Source: Malacoraja senta (lineage: Eukaryota). From it: a DNA stretch of 64,000 nucleotides. Both the position numbers and the translations under genes were made by a program. This document shows positions 25,068 to 37,795 of this stretch, piece after piece. The stretch spans positions 12,340,001-12,404,000 of the forward strand of contig CM075990.1 in the NCBI GenBank assembly GCA_038087875.1, given 5' to 3'. The notes beneath the pieces are model-generated. The model was not told the origin of the DNA, made no database searches, and was given only the letters and a program-made list of their open reading frames with translations. The stretch's first letter is position 1; the number at the start of each line of letters is the position of its first letter.

Positions 25068-26886
25068 CTGTTTATCTCCAACCATGGATTCTGGTGCATG
25101 GTGACTGACCAGTTGAACTAATTTGTTTCAAACCTTTGGTATTTGAGCCTTTACTTCCAGCATTCCAGAGAACCATGTTGCTTGATACTCATGGGCCCCT
25201 TCCTTTTCCTAAATGTAATCCACATTTTATTTCACAGCCATCTTATAGACTTGAATTATTTTGTGTTCAGTTCATTCATTCCACGATAATCCCTCAAACA
25301 TTTCCCTTGAACGAGGGAAGCCTTGGAACACAGGAGGCTTTGAGGCAGAGGTCAGGAGTAGAGAAGTTCCTCAGTCCTTTCCTGGGTGGCTGCATTGTCA
25401 GAGGTCCATCAGTGAAGTGAAAGTTCACACCAAGATCTCTCACATGGATGAGGAAGAGCCTCTGACAATTGGAAAAAGACCAAGGGAGATTCCCCTTCAT
25501 TATTTATTATTTATTCCTCAGCCGACACCACTGAAAGATTGGTTCTCTGGGCAGAATCATTTTGAATAGTGCAACCTGGCAGTGCACAAATTGGAAGCAT
25601 GATTTGCTTGTGCATCCATGGCTGCAGAGATGCATTGACAGCATGACTTAGAAAGTGTCATGGAAGATATTTCCTTCAGTATTTGCAGAGTGTGATGATT
25701 ATAATCAAGGAAGGACAGTTCCCATCTGCTAATCAATATGGTCTTGTTCTATAAATGCCTGGCCGTCCACTCAGACCCTGAGGAGGGGAAGTATGCAGGT
25801 ATTGATGTAATCAGAAAAGTATAACATACAGCGCCACTATACCAGCTGATCAAAGTCCTTTCCTTTACTCCTATACCTGATCTAAAACCGGAGTTGCTAC
25901 ATTTGAGTACTGTCACAACTCAGCAAGATCAGCTCCTTGTTTGCATCGGTGAACTAGTGTATTATTTTTTCTCTTTTCACTCTGGGCTTTCTGCCTGTCT
26001 GTCGATCGTCCAGTTGCCATTCCCTCCCAGCTTTACAGTGCTGCTGACTCCCCGCTAATGGGAGAACTTGTGATGTCGCTAGCTTGATTTGCCATTATTT
26101 GGATTCCTCTCTCCTCCCTTGGTGTTAGTCTGTGTTGCAGCTGGTCCTGTAATTGGGCAAGCGCACTCCATGAACCATCATCCTTACAGAGCTAAAAAAA
26201 TAAATAAAATATAGCAGAGAATGTCTACAAATACAGGAGCTTAGGCTACGAATCCCCAGCACCAACTCTGCACAGTTAGTAACCTGATCCCTTATGTGCC
26301 TTGCTTGCTGACTATGCATTTATTAGCATTAATCACAAAAGTGGGGCACTATCGACACCTGATTAGAGGAAATCATTTTTAATGAACAAAATTTGACTTT
26401 TATCTTATGACTTCTGCGATTCAGTCGATACTCGGAGTGTCCAACAAAGGGACTCCCATGGTGGCGTACTCATGGGAGTGTGTGTGTGTGTACATATCAG
26501 CTCCCTCTACAGAAAGGAGCGGCTCAATCCCAGTCCATGGCTATATTTATACTCGCTCACAGAAGGTTCTCAATCTCCTTCACCCAACCCCATCAACATG
26601 TACTTCCAATTCCCAATCCAATTCTTTCAAGCATCACCAAAACTCTCTCCCAATGTTTTTATTCACAGCCTCAATGGTTTTGATTTTGTTAATCCCAGCC
26701 CATGACATTCCTGAATTTATTTATTCTACCAATAGTGTGAACATCACCTATCCATGTTCCCCAGACATTGTCCACAGTTATTCCAGTATTTTGTGTTTCT
26801 TTTGTAAACCAGCATCTGCATTTCCTTGTTTGCACATCTGCCTGTTGAAAGATTGTACATGCGTCACTTTAAATAGCTGTTATACG

Positions 26887-26941
<55 letters not shown>

Positions 26942-26956
26942 AAACACACACACACA

Positions 26957-27033
<77 letters not shown>

Positions 27034-27035
27034 AA

Positions 27036-27131
<96 letters not shown>

Positions 27132-27144
27132 ACACACCACAAAC

Positions 27145-27179
<35 letters not shown>

Positions 27180-27226
27180 CATACACACACACACACACAT
27201 ACACACACACCACAAACACACACACC

Positions 27227-27314
<88 letters not shown>

Positions 27315-27319
27315 ACACA

Positions 27320-27413
<94 letters not shown>

Positions 27414-27459
27414 ACACACACACATACACACACACATACACATATATATATATATATAT
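26887..27459. repeat. Long imperfect (CA)n microsatellite (~570 bp) ending in (TA)n
   Basis: Seen directly. Confidence 0.98.
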
Positions 27460-27883
27460 CAAAGCAGACATTTAGATCTTCAATAGCCCTGCAAAAGCCT
27501 TGCATGAAGGGCTCGGACTGATCTTGCTTCCCTGGCTCTTTACAAGATATTTATGTGCACATAGCAGCTGTTTAAAAATAGCTTGCTCTTTGTAGTATTG
27601 GTGTTCAACAGATGTAATAATGTGTTGAAGATAGACTCGAAATGCTGGAGTAACTCAGCGGGGTCAGGCAGCATCTCTGGAGAAAAGGAGGTGGATGAAG
27701 TTTCGGGGTCGAGACCCTTCTTCAGGCCAGCAATAATATGCTGATCGTGGTCCATTTCCAATGAAAATAGCAGGGCTCAGCTAAATTACAGCTCCCATCG
27801 CCCCAAGCCTCCGTTCACGAGCTCAGACTGTTTAAATGCAGCCGGTAAGCATGGTGTCCTGATCCATGTTATTTCCATTGCAG

Positions 27884-28026
27884 AGGGAAGGCCAGCTCTC
27901 CAAGCCAGCAGCACCGTTGTTTCAGTCAACCTCTTGGATCTCAATGACAACGACCCGACTTTCCAAAATTTACCATTTACCGCTGAAGTGGGAGAAGGTC
28001 TACCCATAACCTCGTCCATTTTCCAG
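27884..28026 (+). CDS. CDH23: Cadherin-23 internal exon (approx. exon 24), 143 bp, phase 1-0
   Basis: ttccattgcag acceptor and gtagc donor. (Q)GRPALQASSTVVSVNLLDLNDNDPTFQNLPFTAEVGEGLPITSSIFQ. Confidence 0.93.
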
Positions 28027-28156
28027 GTAGCTTTTTTGGACCTGCGTGCAAAGCTGCCTCCACTTTACAACGTGGAGCGCGTGTTTCTTCCCCTGCTTCA
28101 GAGGGGAAAGCGAGAGGGGCGGACATTTCTCTAGTGACTGGGGTGGACTGGGCTAA

Positions 28157-28466
28157 AGGGGCTGTCCCACTGTACGAGGTCATTCAAGAGCTCTCACGAG
28201 TAAAAAAAAAAAATCTAACTCGTGGTAAGCACGTAGAATGTACGTAGCTGGTACGTCGGAGCTCGGGGACGTCCCTTAGCGGCTCGTAACACTAACGGCA
28301 GGTACTCGGGAAGCTCGTGAAGACTCGTGAAGATTTTTCAACATGTTGAAAAATGTCCACGAGAGCCCCGAGTACCTATGGGCGACTATTACCGTAATTC
28401 TCCGAGTTCGAATCAAGGGAAACTCGGGAGAACTCTTGAATTAGCTCGTACATTGGGACAGCCCCT
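28157..28466. mobile_element. PIF/Harbinger-type MITE
   Basis: TIRs aggggctgtccca / tgggacagcccct with a TAA TSD. Same family, in inverted orientation, at 58532-58850. Confidence 0.85.
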
Positions 28467-29185
28467 TAAGTCTTTCCTTGATGTTTGATTAAAACCACAG
28501 TCAAACCACACTAAGCCCAGTTCTGAATAAATTAAATGTTAATCTATTGAAGGCCGGGAATGCAGCACTAGTTTAGAAACACTTGTATACTTAGTGTGAT
28601 GCACTTGCCCTTGCCACAGTTGAATAATTTATAGGAAACATCGTGGTCCTGTTACTGTACTCAACGTCCATATGTCTGGATCAACTGCTTGGATGCCTGA
28701 ATTAGTGATTACACTACAGTTGCTGGCAAACTCAAATTCAATTAATTCTATCCAGGGTTAAATGCAGCTTCTGGTGGTAAACCATATGGTTGTAAAAATC
28801 ATCTGGTTCACAAAGCCAGTGAAGATTCTTACCTGAACTGACCCACACATGACCCTGCCCCTTGAACTGGCCGTGCAAGCCCATCGGTTCAATACAACAG
28901 TTAGAAATGGCCAATAAATCTCGTCATTCCCAGCCAAATCCGTAGCTGGGAACGAATGAATGAATATGGAAGAAATAGCTTCTGTCACCTTTACATCTTC
29001 TGACATTGATGTTTTATGGATTCCTCTCAAGGCGGGAGAGAAATATCCCAATTCCCAATTCTTAGTTCCCATTCGCCATCTGTGAGAAAGCTCCTTGCTT
29101 GCGCACCAGTGACCTTCATCAGTTTTTCCACATTTTGTTTCTGTTCAGTTTACTTCAACACGATGCTGCTTTACTCCGCCCACAG

Positions 29186-29405
29186 GTATCGGTGCTGGAT
29201 CCAGACGAAGGTTTGAACGGATTGGTCACGTACTCAATGCAAGTGGGCATGCCCCGATTGGACTTTGTGTTAAACTCCAGCTCGGGCGTGATCACCTCCA
29301 CGGTGGTGCTGGACCGAGAGAGGATAGGCGAGTATTACCTCCGGTTGATAGCCAGTGATGGAGGAGCAGTGCCAAGGAGTTCCACCAGCACCCTGACTGT
29401 AAGAG
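29186..29405 (+). CDS. CDH23: Cadherin-23 internal exon (approx. exon 25), 220 bp, phase 0-1
   Basis: cacag acceptor and gtaag donor. VSVLDPDEGLNGLVTYSMQVGMPRLDFVLNSSSGVITSTVVLDRERIGEYYLRLIASDGGAVPRSSTSTLTVR. Confidence 0.95.
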
Positions 29406-29721
29406 GTAAGCAGCAACAGTGCTGGGCATCCTGCATGAATGTGTCCACTCTAAACACTGCAACATCTCTGCTCCACATTGAAGGCTTAGGTCAGGACATG
29501 TGAAGGAAAGTTCTCTGCTTGCCTGGGTGAGTGCAGCTCCAACGCCCAAGAAGCTCAAATCTTTCCAGCCCACTTGATTATCACCCCATCCACTACCTAT
29601 ACAGGACCTATACAGTGAATGGCAGGGCATCTGGGCAGTGTTGTAGAGCAGAGGGGTATCGGAGTGCAGGTACCTGGTTTTCATTGAAAGTGGCATCACA
29701 GGTAGACAGGGTGGTTAAGAA

Positions 29722-29898
29722 GTTTTTAAGAATGAACTGCAGATGCTGGAAAATCGAAGGTAGACAAAAGTGCTGGAGAAACTCAGCGGGTGCAGCAGCA
29801 TCTATGGAGCGAAGGAAATAGCCGAAAACGTTGCCTATTTCCTTCGCTCCATAGATGCTGCTGCACCCGCTGAGTTTCTCCAGCACTTTTGTCTACCT
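29722..29898. mobile_element. Palindromic Penelope-derived insertion with a 14-bp TSD
   Basis: agggtggttaagaa at 29708-29721 and 29899-29912. Inverted arms ggtagacaaaagtgctggagaaactcagcgggtgcagc. Confidence 0.78.
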
Positions 29899-30246
29899 AG
29901 GGTGGTTAAGAACATTGTTTCAGCACATTGACCTTCAACAGCCAGAGTTTTGAGTGTACAATGTGTAGGAAGGAACTGCAGATGCTGCTTTACACCAAAT
30001 GTTGGAGGAACTCAGCGGGACAGGCAGCATCTCTGGCGAAAAGGAATAGGTGACATTTTGGGTCGAGACGCTTCTTCAGACTGTGTGACTGTGCACTCTC
30101 ATGCTTCTAACTTTTTATACATAGGGGGGAGGTTTCGGCAGCGGGGCTTTCGAATTCCAAAAAAGCCATTCACGCCTGGTTAATAGTGAATTTGTTCTGC
30201 TGAGTTCTCATTTTGGAACACGGGCGGGCCTTGGTTGTTCTTTCAG

Positions 30247-30400
30247 TGCTGGACATGAATGACGAGACTCCGACCTTCCACCCAGCTGCTCACCGCATCT
30301 CCCTGCTGGAGGACGTGCCCAGGGATTATGTGGTCGTTCACCTCAACTGTACCCGATGCAGACGCTGGTCTGAACGCTGAGCTCAGTTACTTCATCACAG
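30247..30400 (+). CDS. CDH23: Cadherin-23 internal exon (approx. exon 26). 154 bp as assembled, with an apparent +1 C insertion at 30352-30354
   Basis: tttcag acceptor and gtgagt donor. (V)LDMNDETPTFHPAAHRISLLEDVPRDYVVVHLNCT, then the frame shifts to DADAGLNAELSYFIT(G). Removing one C restores 153 bp and a continuous frame. Confidence 0.9.
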
Positions 30401-31529
30401 GTGAGTGTCTGGCAAAACCAACAAAGCTGAGGTTTAGCCACAGAGCAATGCCCAGAAAATCGTTGTCCTGTCTTGCAACATCCATGTCCGCACCATTGTT
30501 TGCCAGCACACCAGTTTTAATCAACATCTTTAAATGAACATGGACAGGTACATTGAGAGGAAAAGTTTTGATGGATATGGACCGCAGGCAGGCAGGCAGG
30601 TGGTGTAGAGGTGACACCTGGAATAGATGGGGTAAATATACAGTATTTTACCCAGAGTAGTGGAATCTAAGAATCAAAGGACAGGTTTAAGGTGATGGGG
30701 GAGATTTAAGAGGAAACTGAAGGCCATAATTTTCTTGTCATGGAGTGTAATTCAAAGAAAGCCAATTCTCACTCACCTACACTTCTGTAGATGGGACATG
30801 TTGGCAGGTGTGGGCAATTTCCACGCTGTACGAGTCTATGACTCTATAACAGTGGGATAAAACTAAGCGGACCTAAATTTAGATTAAAGGCCAGCGTAGT
30901 AACCAGGCACATATGAAGATGATTTATTTGTACATGAGTGAAGAGACTAGCAGGTTACGTTCCTGAAAATCTTTCAACAATGGTTTTCATTTTGACGTCT
31001 TACTACCATTGAAAGCATATTGACTTGAATTCATTGCCCTGCCCCTCCCTTCAAAATTGATGCCTGCCCTGCCGGCTACAGATATAATGCATCATAAGGT
31101 CATATGGGATAGGAGTAGAATTAGGCCATTCGGCCCATCAAGTCTACTCCGCCATTCAATCATAGCTGATCCATCTCTCCCTCCTAACCCCATTTCCTGC
31201 CTTCTCCCCAAAATCTCACTTTGTTGCCTGATAAACACCTATGGTTGTTTTCTGAATATAATTTGGTTACTGGTGTTAATTTAAACAAATGACTGCACTT
31301 CAAAAGTAATCCAATGTTTGCTGAAGATTTTGTTTTGTAAAATTGAATGCATGTTTCCTGAATTGCTATCATCCATTAAACATAGCCTGGTGCATGCTAC
31401 GCGTATATTCACAGTGGTACGTAGTTGTAACTTCACAAAGAGCCAGAGGTCACGAACATTGAAGGAGACGGCACTAGAGAAGATAGAATGGGCCGAGGTC
31501 TCCAGGATTAACTCCAATAGATTTACAGT

Positions 31530-31843
31530 AGTTTAGTTTAGTTTGGAGATCCAACGGAGAAACAGGCCCTCCGGCCCACCGAGTCCACACCGACCAGCGA
31601 TCCCTTCACACTAACACCATCCTACACACACTAGGGACAATTTACATTTATACCAAGCCAATTAACCTGCAAACCTGTACGTCTTTGGAGTGTGGGAGGA
31701 AACCGAAGATCTCGGAGAAAACCCACGCAGGTCACGGGGAGAACGTACAAGCTCCGTACAGACAGCGCCCGTAGTCAGGATCGAACCCGGGTCTCTGGCG
31801 CTGCAAGCACTGTAAGGCAGCAGCTCTACCGCTGCGCCACCGT
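31530..31843 (-). mobile_element. tRNA-derived V-SINE (HE1-like)
   Basis: Full-length reverse complement of the same SINE consensus. Confidence 0.85.
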
Positions 31844-34132
31844 TGTAAGCCATATTAGTAACATTTAAAACATAAAATAGAAGAAAAAAACCCCACAGAA
31901 ACAGGCCCTTTGGGCCACAATGTCTGTGCCGAACATAATGACAAGCTAAACTAATCCCATCTCCCTGCATGCAATCATTAGTCCTCAGTCCCCTGCATAT
32001 CCATGTGCCTATCAAAAAAGCCTCTTCAATGTCACTGCACGCCACTGTTTTCCCCAATAACTGAATAAGCATCCAGTTGCTTTGTGAACATTTTGTGTGG
32101 AATTAACTGTGGAATACATATTCCTCTGGAGCTTCTGTCAATATGTGATCCCTGGTCCCATTTGGCAGAAGAAACAGCTTCTCCACTTACTTCCTCATGC
32201 CTAATATTTTTAATGTCTCTCCTGCCAGCCTTCCTCTTCTCCAACTACAATCATTGCATCTCCAGGTTCACCACACAACTGAAGCTCTTCATCATTGTTG
32301 TCACCTACATAAAGCTCCCCAGAATGTTCTATTCTTCTGAAAGTGTAATGCGAAAAGGATTATTATGACTTATTCCTTTTTGTATTAGTGCCCTCATTTA
32401 CAAAGCCAAGCATAACATGAACTTTCTCAACCAGTATAAACCTACACTGACTCCTTCAGGCTGTTGAATATGAATGGTTCCTCTGGCCCTGAATTCCCAC
32501 ATGCTCTGTTCATAATAGAACATAGAACACTACAGCCCAACAACAGGCCTTAACCCCACAATGTCTGTGCTTAACACGATACCAAGAGCAACTCACATCT
32601 GCCTGCACATAATCCATATTCCTCCATTCCCTGCAGAGCCACATGCCTAACCAAAAGTCTCTTAAATGCTGCTAACATTGGCTTCCACCGCCATCCTCGG
32701 GTACACTTTCCAGGCACCCATCACCCTCTGTTTAAGAATCAAAATACTTGCCCCACACATCTCCTTTAAACCGTTACCCGTTTACCTTAAACTTTGCCCT
32801 CTGGTATTTGGCATTTCCATCCTGGGGAAAACGTTCTAACTGTTTACCCTACCTCTGCCTCTCTCAATTTTATAAAGTTCCATCAGATCTCCCATCAACC
32901 TCCGGTATTCCAGAGAAAACATTCCAAGTCTGTCCCACCTCTCCTTGTAGTAACAGTCATCCGGCTATTAAACACAACAGCAAATAAGCTCTGAACTGCA
33001 ACAGACTTATTATTATTGCACTATATATGTGTATTTATTGAGTATGTGTGAATGTGTATATACACTCACTGAACTTGTTTCCTTCTCCCGTTGTGTACTA
33101 TGTTTACATATTCTGTTGTGCTGCAGAATTTCATTGTCCTATCTGGGACATAGGACAATAAAACACTCTTGACTCTTAATATACCCACTAATCCGCGCAG
33201 CCTTCTGGTCAACCTCCTCTGCCCCCTTTTCACATCCTTCCTGATTTGGGGCAATCAGAAATGCACGTTAGATTCTGGCTTTGCCATGAAGTCACCTGTG
33301 AATAATTCCCATTCCTCGAGCTAATGAAGCAATTCGGATCTGGCTGTTACATGGCAAGAAGCCATCCATGGCCCATCACAAAGCTAGACAACGTCTATCC
33401 ACCTGCCCTTGGCATTACCTATGCAAAGTCCTCCTCCGTCAAAGTCCTGGGTGACCACCATTGACCAGCACCCCGATTAGATTGACCACATCACTTCTAA
33501 AGTTAGAACCATCAGTTGGTTATCCCGCAGTGAATGGCTCACCTCCTAACGCTCCAGAGCCTTTCTCCAAGTCGGGAGCACGGTGAAGAGTGTCAGGGGT
33601 TATGGGGAGAAGGCAGGCGGATGGGGTTGAGAGGGGAAGATAGATCAGCCATGATTGAATGGAGGAGCAGACTTGATGGGCCGAATGGCCTAATTCTGCT
33701 CCTATAACTTTCCACTTGTCTGCGTGAATGTAGGCAAGCGATACCATCAGGACAAAGCAGCTCGCTCAGTTTGTACCTTGTCCACCATGCTAATCATTCT
33801 TTCCTTCCACCATTGGCACACAGTGGTTGCTGTGTGGACACATTCGACATTCTGCATTCCAAATAAATGAAGAGTTCAGTGGCCTTCCCTGCTATATTAT
33901 TCTACGATGATGTGGGGCTGATTTTTAATGTCCACGTTGGATTTAACTGGAGCTCCAATGGGGGACTGTGTACAAATGCTCTGAGTGTTCTCATGTGAAG
34001 CAAGCAGCATCAACTCTCCATCTCTTCCTTTACAGTGCAGGAAATGAGACCTGTCCTGTTTAATCTGTCAAATTTGTGGCCTCAAGATAACACATCCATC
34101 TCACACAAAAAATAATGCAAAGTTATCTTCAG

Positions 34133-34246
34133 GTGGAAACAACGATGGAAAATTCAGCGTTGGCTTTCGAGATGGAATTGTCAGAACTGTGGTGAACCTG
34201 GACAGAGAGACTCAAGTTTCTTACACACTGATTTTGGAAGCTATCG
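34133..34246 (+). CDS. CDH23: Cadherin-23 internal exon (approx. exon 27), 114 bp, phase 1-1
   Basis: cttcag acceptor and gtgag donor. (G)GNNDGKFSVGFRDGIVRTVVNLDRETQVSYTLILEAI(D). Not in the ORF track; read directly from the sequence. Confidence 0.94.
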
Positions 34247-34429
34247 GTGAGGAGCTAAGCTGAGCCATTACAAATGGACGTACAGTATTTCGGTTGTTTT
34301 AAAGAGATCAAAATATGGAATCTCAGTCTGTCTTTCTCCAGTTTTGATTGTCCTTGGTTATAATTGCTGTGTCAGTGGTGATGGAACCTTCTGCTATCAA
34401 GGCCCTTTTGCCTGGCATTTCCATCATAA

Positions 34430-34431
<2 letters not shown>

Positions 34432-34519
<88 letters not shown>
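34432..34519. repeat. (CT)n microsatellite
   Basis: Seen directly. Confidence 0.97.
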
Positions 34520-34521
<2 letters not shown>

Positions 34522-34545
34522 ACCTCTCACTATAATCCTCAAATC

Positions 34546-35224
34546 CAAGAGCGGAACTCGCTATCAAAACATGGAGGGGACGGGGGACACAATGTTTTGG
34601 CGGCCACGCGCGCATGCGCACACTCACACACGCGCGCGAGGTTCAATCCAGCGCTAAATGCAGCTCAACTCTGCCTGTCTTCACCGGGTTAACTACAGCC
34701 CTGCCTGGACTGACGGGATACCAGCGCTGCTTCTCCCCGCTGGCCATATTTCCCGCAAGTCCAGGAAGGGTTGTAAGCTCACCTGGCGGGACAGGCAGAG
34801 TTAGCTGGGTTTAGCGCTGTTTCTCTGCGCTGGCCCGTCTGATTCCCGACCAAAGATCCTATAGCGGAGGATCTTTGCTGCCGACCTCTCTGGCCACTCG
34901 GGTGGGGACAGGACAGCGCCGGAGACCCGGCCGGGATCGATCCTGCTGCGGATGAAGTGCAGGTCTATGCCACGTCTCCCTCCTCCAATCGCCGCGCTCT
35001 ATCCTCAGTCCCACCACCCCCCCCACTCCTTCCCTCCTCCAATCATCATGCTGAATCATGTCCCGCCTCCATTGCCTGCTGACCAACGTCTCTCTCCTCC
35101 AATCGGCGCCCTCGATCACCGGATTTTAAAATCCGGATTACAAAAACTTGGGGGGGATGTCCCCCACCTCTCAAAACATGGAGGGGACGTGTCCCCTCTG
35201 GCCCCCCCGGGTTTTCCGCCCCTG
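34546..35224. mobile_element. Non-autonomous hAT-type DNA transposon
   Basis: Perfect 8-bp TSD ctcaaatc (34538-34545 and 35225-35232). Imperfect TIRs caagagcggaa / ttccgcccctg. Confidence 0.85.
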
Positions 35225-36447
35225 CTCAAATCCTAACGGTTTGGTCACCTGTCAAAATCCTTGAATGATTTAATTACGCAAACGCTTCTGAGACTTATTA
35301 CTACTTAAATATTAAAAGATTCCATTGGACTACAAGAGATCTTCTGACTGTTCTGATCAATACCTGTTTCTCCTAAAGCAAATTAGCAGGTAATTTACTG
35401 CTGTTTGCAGCAGCTTCCTCTTTGCTGCTGTAACAGTGACCCAATTCAAATCATTTGTGGCTACTCAAAGTTACAAAGGACATGGTGCACTTTTGGCTTT
35501 TTACCTTGATTGCCATTGGCAATTTTATTTTAAGTTTGCAGAACCTTTGATCAATGTTCAGCTAGAGCTCTAATACCTGTTCTTATGTGTTCCCTTGCAC
35601 TTAATATTTCAATATCAATTCCCATGCTTGCCGTGTCATTTCTGTTCCTCCCCAGTGTCCCATTCTACATTACCTTGGTCATCGCCCCCTTTGATCTGTG
35701 TTTTCACTCATTCCCCTTCCATATCTCTATCTCCCTCTCTCCTGACTCTCAGTCTGAAGAATAATCTCAACCCGAAACGTCACCGGTTCCTTCCCTCCTG
35801 AGATGCTGCAGGTACCGCTGAGCTACTCCAGCATTTTGTGAGCATCTTCCCATTGTAAATGAATGATGGTGGTGCCAAAAGGCAAAGTGATTAATGGGAA
35901 CCTGCGCACAGAGTTACTTTAGAACGGAGTTCAAAATAGCATTGAATGCATGCCTTATGTTGACCCCACAGCGTCCAACCACAGTAGTTGGGAACAGGCC
36001 AAACATTGGAGTCGGCTCATGCCTGCCCAGTCCATCCCCCTGCCCGATTCAGGCCAACCCACCCAGCATCACACATCTGAGACTTGTAGCCAGGTCATGG
36101 TGAAGGAAGGAAAACCCACCAACGCTCATGTCTGGGTAGACTCAAGCTCACATGTGCACTCCCAGAGAAAATATTAGAGTAAGGTGGAGGAAGGTTAGTT
36201 AACTGGATAGCTCAAGACTGCAGGCCAATGCAACACATCTCTCCGGAAGACTTGGTGGTAACCGAGTGCCCTGTTGTGCTGCTCATGCCATGAAGTGTTT
36301 CACAACCAATGCAGCACTTTTGAAATGTAATACAAAGGATCTGTAGATGCTTGTTTATAGCAAAGATAGACATAAAATGTTGGAGTAGCTCACACAGCAT
36401 ATCTGGAGAAATTGGATAGGTAACATTTCGGGTTGGGACCCTTCTAT

Positions 36448-36475
36448 CTGAAGAAGGGTCTCGACCCGAAACGTC
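36448..36475 (+). ncRNA. Hammerhead-like motif with an intact core (duplicate at 40450-40477)
   Basis: CTGAAGAAGGGTCTCGACCCGAAACGTC, preceded by an inverted partial copy. Confidence 0.65.
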
Positions 36476-36803
36476 ACTTATCCACGTTCTCCAGAGATGC
36501 TGCCTGTCCCGCTGAGTTACTCCAGCACTTTGTGTCCATCTACAGCACGTTTGAAGTTGTTGCCACTGCAAAGAAATGAGTAACTTGAATTTCTCCAGCA
36601 CCTTTCATGTCCCAATGAACCACTTTACATCCCTGCAGTAATGTAGCACAACAAGGTCCCAGAAACACAATGTAATAATGACCAGGGAATCCTACTTGAT
36701 GACTTTTAGTTTAGTTTCAGTTTAGAGACGCATTGTGGAAACGGGCCCACCGAGTCCGTGCCGACCAGCGATCACTGCACACTAACATTATTGTACACAC
36801 ACT

Positions 36804-37795
36804 TGTCCTCCGGGGGCGCTGTTTAGGCAGCAGCCATGTCAGCAGTGCGTCCGTTTTTTCAATTTTTTTTATTTTTAGTATGTTTTAAAGTGTGTGTTTA
36901 ATGTTTCTTTGGGTGTCTCGTGTGGGGGGTGGTGTGGGGGGTAAGGGGGAAACCGCTTCGGTCGCCTCCTCCATGGAGAGGCGACTTTTTCCAGGTCGCC
37001 TCCCCCGTGGCCTAACATCAAGGATCGGCGCGGCTTTCCCGGAGACGTGCCCGGCGCGGCCTTTCCCGGAGACGTGCCCGGGGCTTCAGCGGCGGGCGCA
37101 GCGTGGACTCTCGGCGTGGAGCGGGTGAACCCTCGCTGGAGGGGAGCGCTCCGTTTCGCTGGCCCGGGGCAGCCGGCAGCCTGAAGTCGCAGCCTGAAGC
37201 CGCGGTCTGCAGAGCTCCAGCTGGTGCGGCGTCTACAGCCCGGGATCCCTCGTGGGGGACCCGGGGGAAGAAGAAGCCATCATTGCCGGCCCGCGGCCAA
37301 CTTCTACCGCGGGGCCGGCATGGACTTACCATCACCCTGGAGGGGAACTTCGACCGCCGGCCCTGCAGTCTACGGTGCTTCTGGCTGCGGCGGGGACTTT
37401 AAATCTTGACCGCCGGCCGGAGGCCTACAACAATCTAAAGCCGCGGTCTCCGGTGAGGAAGAGCCGATCCTGGACTGACTTGGACTCTGGTCCTGTCCAC
37501 GGAGGGGAAATGGAGGAGGATTGGCCACATTTTTGTGCCTTCCACCACAGTGATGAATGCTGTGGTGGATGTTTGTGTTACATTTTGTGTGTTCTTTATT
37601 ATTGTATCGCTGCTGACAACCCAATCCTTGCTGGGTCACTGCTCGTGCGGTCGACCGGTCGGTGCAGAGAGTAGCTTTGAATGTTTGTCTTTCGTTACGT
37701 TGTTTGTGTCCCTTCTTTTTTTTTAAGCTACTGTAATGCGCCCTTTTAAATTGCCCCTTGGGGATGAATAAAGTGCTTGATTGATTGATTGATTG
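36804..37795 (+). mobile_element. GC-rich non-autonomous retroposon (~992 bp) with a Rex1/Babar-like 3' end
   Basis: Absent from copy 2. Flanked by ACACT (36799-36803 and 37796-37800). Ends ccccttggggatgaataaagtgct(tgat)n. Interrupts a V-SINE. Confidence 0.85.

Noticed and set aside
26407..27505. Long ORFs of 359, 200, 167 and 157 aa (poly-HT, poly-CV)
   Set aside because: These are translations of the (CA)n microsatellite.
34323..34692. Poly-ER and poly-SL ORFs
   Set aside because: These are translations of the (CT)n microsatellite.
36892..37726. Cluster of overlapping GC-rich ORFs, or an apparent CpG-island promoter
   Set aside because: It lies wholly within the TSD-flanked polymorphic insertion, and the ORFs reflect GC content.
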